IMG/VR virus record: IMGVR_UViG_3300037293_000449
Span: 1 to 51,073 of that record
Source of the DNA: a virus
Taxonomy: Duplodnaviria > Caudoviricetes
Direction: 5' to 3' (one strand)
Length of the DNA: 51,073 nucleotides
The stretch's first letter is position 1; each line of letters begins with the position of its first letter. A program made the translations under genes and the position numbers. The notes beneath the pieces were generated by a model. That model was not told the DNA's origin. It worked only from the letters and a program-made list of their open reading frames with translations, and ran no database searches. Below are positions 46,718-51,073 of this stretch, piece after piece.

Positions 46718-47864
46718 CTAGCTCTAGTTCGTCGGGAATATTTAATTGCTGTCCAGGTACATACTCAATGTACTTTCGCTTGAGCCTGCACTCCTGAGGC
46801 TTGAATAGCGCGTCAAATATAGCATCGATGAGTTCCAGAATTTCCTTGATCATCTTTTGAACTTCGTAATCCCTTGCTGTGAACTTGATGTAGATTGGCT
46901 TTCTTCTGCGCCCGTTAACTGCGATGAACTCATAGTAGTGGATTCTAATTCTTTCTTGGTCTTCGCTATCTCTTCTTGCAATTTCATCCTGAAGTTGATG
47001 AATGGTTTCTGGATCATAGTGCATTCCTTCTTGTGTAGTTAGTTTATGCCACGTAAGTCTTGAGCGTTTGAGTTGTCTTCCGCTGATGTGTTTGCCGTCA
47101 AACTCGAAGCTGATGCCTTTCGGTTGGCCTTCATCATTGAGCGTCAGTTTGATGTAGACCTTCTGCTTTCTCAGGGCCCTGACGAAGTCGAACATGTCTC
47201 CTTGGATTGCGTTGGTGGCTTCGATAGCGCCTGCAATCTTTGCGATCATCTTGTGCTTGAGCGGGAGGTCACCATCTCTGATCGATGCCTGGAGTTCTGC
47301 GTGAGAGATCGAAACGCCCCAAGTATCCTTAGGCTTTGGGGCTTTGCTCAGGTTGAAGCGATCTTCGATGCCGGACACTGACTCAAGGCTGATCGAGCGT
47401 TCGTTGCTGTCCTTGACCATCGAGAAGTCGTCATTGAGCCGGATGCGATTTGCGACGATGTGGACGTGTTGATGATCCTTGTCCTGGTGCATTACAGCGA
47501 CGTACTGAGTCGTTTCGTCGAAGCCTAGGTCTGTCATGTACTTCGTGACGGCCTGGCGCCACTGTGAGGTTGTTAGAGACTCACCTGGGCGCAAGGACAG
47601 CATGGCGTGGAAGACCGGTTTAATGGCCTTCTCAGAGTCGATGGCGAAGCGCCTGAGCGTCTCAACCTGGTCGAATTCGCGGATCATCTCCGAAAGGTCT
47701 GACTCGTTGCCCTGCAGGACGCCTGGCAGTGGGTCTTTGCTCATAGTGTTGAAGCTGATCGTCCGGATTCCGCTGATCTCATGGTCGTGCTTGGTACAGC
47801 CGAAGATGTAGCGAATGCGGTTCTTAAACGAGCCTGCAGATTTAGGAAAGATCTTTCCAATCAT
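46710..47864 (-). CDS. HUH relaxase (MobA/VirD2, MOBP-like)
   Basis: Motif I GSFKNRIRY, motif II VFHAMLSLRPGE, motif III HQDKDHQHVHIVANRI; intact ORF. Confidence 0.93.
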   Translation of the reverse strand: MIGKIFPKSAGSFKNRIRYIFGCTKHDHEISGIRTISFNTMSKDPLPGVLQGNESDLSEMIREFDQVETLRRFAIDSEKAIKPVFHAMLSLRPGESLTTSQWRQAVTKYMTDLGFDETTQYVAVMHQDKDHQHVHIVANRIRLNDDFSMVKDSNERSISLESVSGIEDRFNLSKAPKPKDTWGVSISHAELQASIRDGDLPLKHKMIAKIAGAIEATNAIQGDMFDFVRALRKQKVYIKLTLNDEGQPKGISFEFDGKHISGRQLKRSRLTWHKLTTQEGMHYDPETIHQLQDEIARRDSEDQERIRIHYYEFIAVNGRRRKPIYIKFTARDYEVQKMIKEILELIDAIFDALFKPQECRLKRKYIEYVPGQQLNIPDELELAI

Positions 47865-48154
47865 TTCACACCTCCAAGATTCACTTGGGCGATGTACTTC
47901 ACCTTCTCAAGCAGTTCGCTTCCTGGGCGATCCGCATTGATCATTGATGCAAGGTTCATCAACTCCCTGGCGATCTGTACGACATCCTGAGTGACTTTTG
48001 GCTTCACCTGCCCATTGGCAACGTAGTCACGGATAAACGCTCCAGCTGACTTGTAGCCTGCCTCAGTCATCTTGGCATTAAGAGTGTCTAACTCCGTTTT
48101 GTTTAGTCGTAGGGTGATGCGGGACTCTTTGGTTTGTCTCTCTATAGTTTTCAT
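47861..48154 (-). CDS. mobC: Relaxosome accessory protein (RHH)
   Basis: ITLRLNKTELDTL....AG....GAFIRD, RELMNLASMIN; ATGA overlap with the relaxase. Confidence 0.85.
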   Translation of the reverse strand: MKTIERQTKESRITLRLNKTELDTLNAKMTEAGYKSAGAFIRDYVANGQVKPKVTQDVVQIARELMNLASMINADRPGSELLEKVKYIAQVNLGGVK

Positions 48155-48189
48155 CTTGACCCACCTTTATTATTCTAGTTATCGAGCCT

Positions 48190-48260
48190 TTTAACGCAAC
48201 ACCCGAAGGGATGTGAGTATCTAGCCTTACTTGTCTGACATAGACACAGCTGGCTAAAAA
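48190..48260. other. Candidate oriT
   Basis: Upstream of mobC; short inverted repeats (CCC-GAA-GGG; TGTCT-GACAT-AGACA 48232..48246) and GTATCTAGCC, loosely like the MOBP nic motif TATCCTG/C. Confidence 0.4.
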
Positions 48261-48344
48261 GTAGCTCTAGACTCATTATGCAAATGGAGCTTTAGGTGGG
48301 TCTAGTGTGTTTGTAAGTCTTTTTGATTTATTTGTTTGTATACC

Positions 48345-48483
48345 GAAACTTTCGCAAGGTGTGAATGCGAAAACGCAGCAAGGGAGTGCGAAATCGCAAA
48401 CAAGGAAAGCGAATTCGCTCTCATGTACTGCGACAATCACAAGGCGTGACTGTGGTTTCGCAATAACATAGTGCGAATTCGCA
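48345..48483. repeat. Seven 12-bp TGCG-N4-CGCA palindromic units at ~21-bp period
   Basis: Units start at 48345, 48366, 48387, 48408, 48429, 48451, 48472; an AT-rich tract precedes them. Confidence 0.85.
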
Positions 48484-48511
48484 AATGGATGGTGTAAACC
48501 GGAATTAATAG

Positions 48512-49891
48512 TTACAGGCTAACTTCTTTGGTATCGAGCATCTTGGTATCGAGGTCAGCCAAGGTGGAAAGTAGACCTCGGCACACAAAATCTTTTTCGA
48601 GGCCAGCACTGTTCAGAATCTCGGTTTCAATCTTCGTAGCAGCATCACGGATCTCTGAGAGATATGCCATTTTGTAGCCATCTGTCACGTCCACAGTCTG
48701 TCCAGCCGAATCATGGTTGCAGAGCACCTTGATGTAAAACGCACCAACACCGGCCCGCTCAGCGACTGACATGAAGCTGGCCCGCATGATTTTGCGTGGA
48801 AGATGCTGATTGATCCTGTCAGAAATCCTGCAGAGGAAGTCCCGGACATTCGACTCACTGACCTTATCCTGCTGCACTCCTGGGAAAACGTAGTCACCTG
48901 AAGAGTGCTTCATCGAGTACATCAGCTGGCAGTAAGCAGCATCGCTCAGAACAAGATGAAACTCCTTCCCATTTTTCAGGGTGTCTTCTTCATTTGTCTT
49001 GTTGCGTTCTGGAAAAACCACTGCGCGAGTTTTATGGCAAATATAGCTTCGCCGGATCTTATTGATCTCTCCAGGCCTAACTCCTGTGAAGAGCATAAAC
49101 AAAATCGCTGCCGAGACCGGCTTGAACGATGTAGGTACATCACGAAGCGGAGGGGTCTCGGAGATTTCTACACACCCCTTAATGAACTGACCCAGATCCT
49201 TTGGGTTGATCCGAATCTTATCGCGCTTGGTGGTATGCCATTGCTTGGTGTGTTTCATGATATCGACAGGGTTGTACTTGTAAATCGGCTCACCGATCTC
49301 GTTCTTATACCAGACAATCGAAAACGAAAAGATACCCCGAAGCAGGCACAAGGCTTTATTAGCAGATCGCTCCCTTGGTGGTGTAACTCGTCCATTCGGT
49401 CTGACAGCAGGGACGGTAGTCTCGTCATGGAGGTTCACAACGTCATCACTGGTAAAGCTTGAGATGGCCCTTGGGCCGTACTTCGCCTTGATGTAGTTGT
49501 TATAAGTTCGGTTGTAGTCATCGACTGTAGTCTTGGTCAGCTTCTTGCTTTTACGGCGCATGAAGTTTTCGAATGCCATGTCCAAGGTGAGGCTGTCCCG
49601 GAGAGACTTCGTTTCTTCAGCCTGCAGGATCTCATCAAGGTTCGCGTAGATCTTCTCTGCTTGCGCTCTAATCAATGGCAGTTTGGTAGTTTTGGGATTA
49701 AAAGCCTCAAGCTTGCGGCGGTGATCTTTTCCCAATACCTTCCTGACAACATAGAAGGCCTTGCCCCCAGCCTTAGTTACACGTAATACCAAGCCTTTAG
49801 TTTCAGTGTCATAAGCGAGCATATCAGCCTTACCTTCAGGGCAAACGAGTGCCTCCAGGGAAGCTTTGGTGAAGTGAATTTTCAAAGCCAC
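48512..49891 (-). CDS. int: Tyrosine integrase with N-terminal arm-binding domain
   Basis: YDTETKGLVLRV...GGKAF arm domain; LFTGVRPGEI, KNG, RKIMRASF, LCNH, VTDGY catalytic motifs. Confidence 0.95.
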   Translation of the reverse strand: MALKIHFTKASLEALVCPEGKADMLAYDTETKGLVLRVTKAGGKAFYVVRKVLGKDHRRKLEAFNPKTTKLPLIRAQAEKIYANLDEILQAEETKSLRDSLTLDMAFENFMRRKSKKLTKTTVDDYNRTYNNYIKAKYGPRAISSFTSDDVVNLHDETTVPAVRPNGRVTPPRERSANKALCLLRGIFSFSIVWYKNEIGEPIYKYNPVDIMKHTKQWHTTKRDKIRINPKDLGQFIKGCVEISETPPLRDVPTSFKPVSAAILFMLFTGVRPGEINKIRRSYICHKTRAVVFPERNKTNEEDTLKNGKEFHLVLSDAAYCQLMYSMKHSSGDYVFPGVQQDKVSESNVRDFLCRISDRINQHLPRKIMRASFMSVAERAGVGAFYIKVLCNHDSAGQTVDVTDGYKMAYLSEIRDAATKIETEILNSAGLEKDFVCRGLLSTLADLDTKMLDTKEVSL

Positions 49892-49917
49892 GGGGAATCC
49901 TTACGAGTCTTAACGTG

Positions 49918-49946
49918 TTGATTTGATCTGTGTTTTCGTGTCTAAT
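49918..49946 (+). promoter_or_regulatory. Putative promoter of the element-encoded tRNA
   Basis: TTGATT-17 nt-TCTAAT followed by a GC-rich discriminator CCACCGCC. Confidence 0.55.
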
Positions 49947-49964
49947 CCACCGCCTGCTTGCACC

Positions 49965-50049
49965 GCCTCGATGGTGAAATTGGTAGACACATCGCACTTA
50001 AAATGCGCCGCCGAAAGGTGTACCGGTTCGACTCCGGTTCGAGGCACCA
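49965..50049 (+). tRNA. Element-encoded tRNA-Leu(UAA), complete, 85 nt
   Basis: Acceptor GCCTCGA/TCGAGGC, D arm with GG, CGCA-CTTAAAA-TGCG, long variable arm CGCC-GAAA-GGTG, ACCGG-TTCGACT-CCGGT, discriminator A plus CCA. Confidence 0.95.
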
Positions 50050-50171
50050 TCTCTCCTGCAATACCCATCCCACCTCGCTGCACCCACCAGAACGTCATTT
50101 GCGTCTAAAGATCTCGGGACAAAATCCATCCATCATCTGTACGTTTCATGATCAATTCCTAGGTTGGTGAG

Positions 50172-50203
50172 CCTTGGTAGCTCTTGGGAGCCGCTTGGTA
50201 GCT
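50172..50203. promoter_or_regulatory. Putative integrase arm-type sites, right arm
   Basis: Tandem CCTTGGTAGCT / CTTGGGAGCCG / CTTGGTAGCT at 11-bp period. Confidence 0.7.
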
Positions 50204-50376
50204 GCCACTGAAAGCCGCTCACATCTGCCAGCATCTCTCCTCAGCGCTCACCATCTCTCGGCGACCTGGCAAAGATCACTCTAAACGCCTGATATGCCTA
50301 GTTTTTAAGCCCAAAAACACGTTCAAAAGCTTTCCTAAGCTCTCGACTGCTTTCCGCTGCCGATTTAGGGCAGAAT

Positions 50377-50433
50377 GACTTAAAATCCCCCGCCTGTAAG
50401 GGCGTCCCGGTTCGATTCCGGGTTCGGGCACCA
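50377..50433 (+). pseudogene. 3' half of host tRNA-Leu(UAA) (attR)
   Basis: GACTTAAAATCCCC...GGTTCGATTCC...TTCGGGCACCA; its 3' end pairs with GCCCGAA at 540; upstream sequence supplies no 5' half. Confidence 0.93.
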
Positions 50434-50442
50434 TAGATATCA

Positions 50443-50476
50443 AGGGCTTGCATGATTTTTCATGCGAGCCCTTTTT
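50443..50476 (+). terminator. Terminator of the host tRNA gene
   Basis: AAGGGCTTGCATGA-TTTT-TCATGCGAGCCCTT-TTT. Confidence 0.85.
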
Positions 50477-50809
50477 CGTTTGTGCTCCCCAAAATTAGAA
50501 AACTCCACCACTCGTTTTGTCGGCATGACCTGTTTGCCGATCCTTTTGCGTGTGTAGCCATCCTGACATTCCCTTGATCCTTCGCGACCTTTGCTGTTAC
50601 TCAGAGCAAAGCGGCAGCGCGTTAATTCTTTGATCAGTTTTTGTAACAGATTGTTTGCGGCAGGCACAGAAACCTATAAAGTTAACCTTTCGGTCAGCTT
50701 TGCACTGTCAACTCCAGCCTTTTGTTTCCAGCGAAAGCGCTCCTGCAAGGATCGAGACCCCCAGAACATAACTAAAAGGGCGGACCCATAACCGCCCAGA
50801 GGATGATCC

Positions 50810-51073
50810 ATGTCCAACCGTGATATCTCCCGGCGCTCGTTCCTTCAGGGCGGGCTGGTGGCGGGTGTGAGCGTGACTCTTACACCGCTCAGCACCCAGG
50901 CGCTGGCTGCCTTGATGGAAAACAGCGTGACCGTGCCGTCCGAGCAGTGGCTGGGCAACAACGGCAAGGCGCGCTCGCGTAACGACGCCTTGTCCAAGGT
51001 CTGCGGGAGCAAGGTCTTTGCCCGCGACATCCGCGCCAAGGACATGCCGGGCTGGCCGCAGCAGCAGGGCCAC
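50810..51073 (+). CDS. Xanthine dehydrogenase/aldehyde oxidase family molybdopterin subunit, N-terminal part (host flank)
   Basis: Tat signal MSNRDISRRSFLQGG; RNDALSKVCGSKVFARDI motif; runs off the window end. Confidence 0.75.
   Translation, partial: MSNRDISRRSFLQGGLVAGVSVTLTPLSTQALAALMENSVTVPSEQWLGNNGKARSRNDALSKVCGSKVFARDIRAKDMPGWPQQQGH

Larger units (their letters stand above)
570..50385. mobile_element. Integrated tailed prophage carrying a MobC/relaxase module, ~49.8 kb
   Basis: Direct repeat GACTTAAAA at 570..578 and 50377..50385 inside the two tRNA halves; integrase at the right end, xis at the left end; complete head, tail and lysis gene sets; lower GC than the flanks. Confidence 0.95.

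Noticed and set aside
7801-47102. TTTGCCGTCAAA as a Neisseria uptake sequence, Anr/Fnr box or PsrA box
   Set aside because: Shares only TGCCGTC with the DUS (ATGCCGTCTGAA); Anr is TTGAT-N4-ATCAA; PsrA half-sites have the opposite orientation.
7801-47102. 12-mer explained by a recurring FDGK peptide
   Set aside because: It also occurs as LPS(K/N), as VCRQ and in intergenic DNA.
42132-48154. Self-transmissible ICE
   Set aside because: No VirB4, coupling protein or pilus genes recognisable; at most mobilisable in trans.
48345-48483. CRISPR mini-array
   Set aside because: Repeats are 12 bp and degenerate, spacers only ~9 bp, and no cas genes are present.
49910-50170. Short ORFs over the element tRNA
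   Set aside because: The region folds into a complete tRNA cloverleaf.
570-50385. Defective prophage, satellite or tailocin
   Set aside because: Packaging, head, tail, lysis, replication and recombination genes all appear present and uninterrupted, though activity cannot be proven from sequence.
50708-51073. Minus-strand 121-aa ORF
   Set aside because: Antisense to a plus-strand gene with a clear Tat signal starting at 50810.

Overview
The window is almost entirely one ~49.8 kb element (570..50385) integrated in a Pseudomonas-like chromosome, flanked by a DUF2388 gene on the left and the start of a Tat-exported molybdoenzyme gene on the right. It is an apparently intact tailed prophage (siphovirus-type): terminase, DUF4055 portal, scaffold, P22-like coat, Mu-like neck genes, tail tube, frameshifted chaperone, tape measure, tail tip, and holin/SAR endolysin/Rz/Rz1. 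It also has a tyrosine integrase and xis, an AEP primase plus UL9-like helicase, and three cargo regions. Unusual traits seen directly in the sequence: (1) it splits the host tRNA-Leu(UAA) at the anticodon loop without restoring it and carries its own complete, diverged tRNA-Leu(UAA); (2) it encodes MobC plus an HUH relaxase next to a candidate oriT and a 21-bp-periodic palindrome array, i.e. a phage/mobilisable-element hybrid; (3) no CI-like repressor is recognisable, but an unannotated ~77-nt two-hairpin sRNA has loops complementary to the leaders of xis and the replication genes; (4) a 12-bp palindrome TTTG-N4-CAAA occurs at least 33 times (9 exact TTTGCCGTCAAA), and strand composition appears to flip from C/A-rich to G/T-rich at these sites. 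All protein family calls come from motif recognition by eye, not database searches, and all counts are manual.
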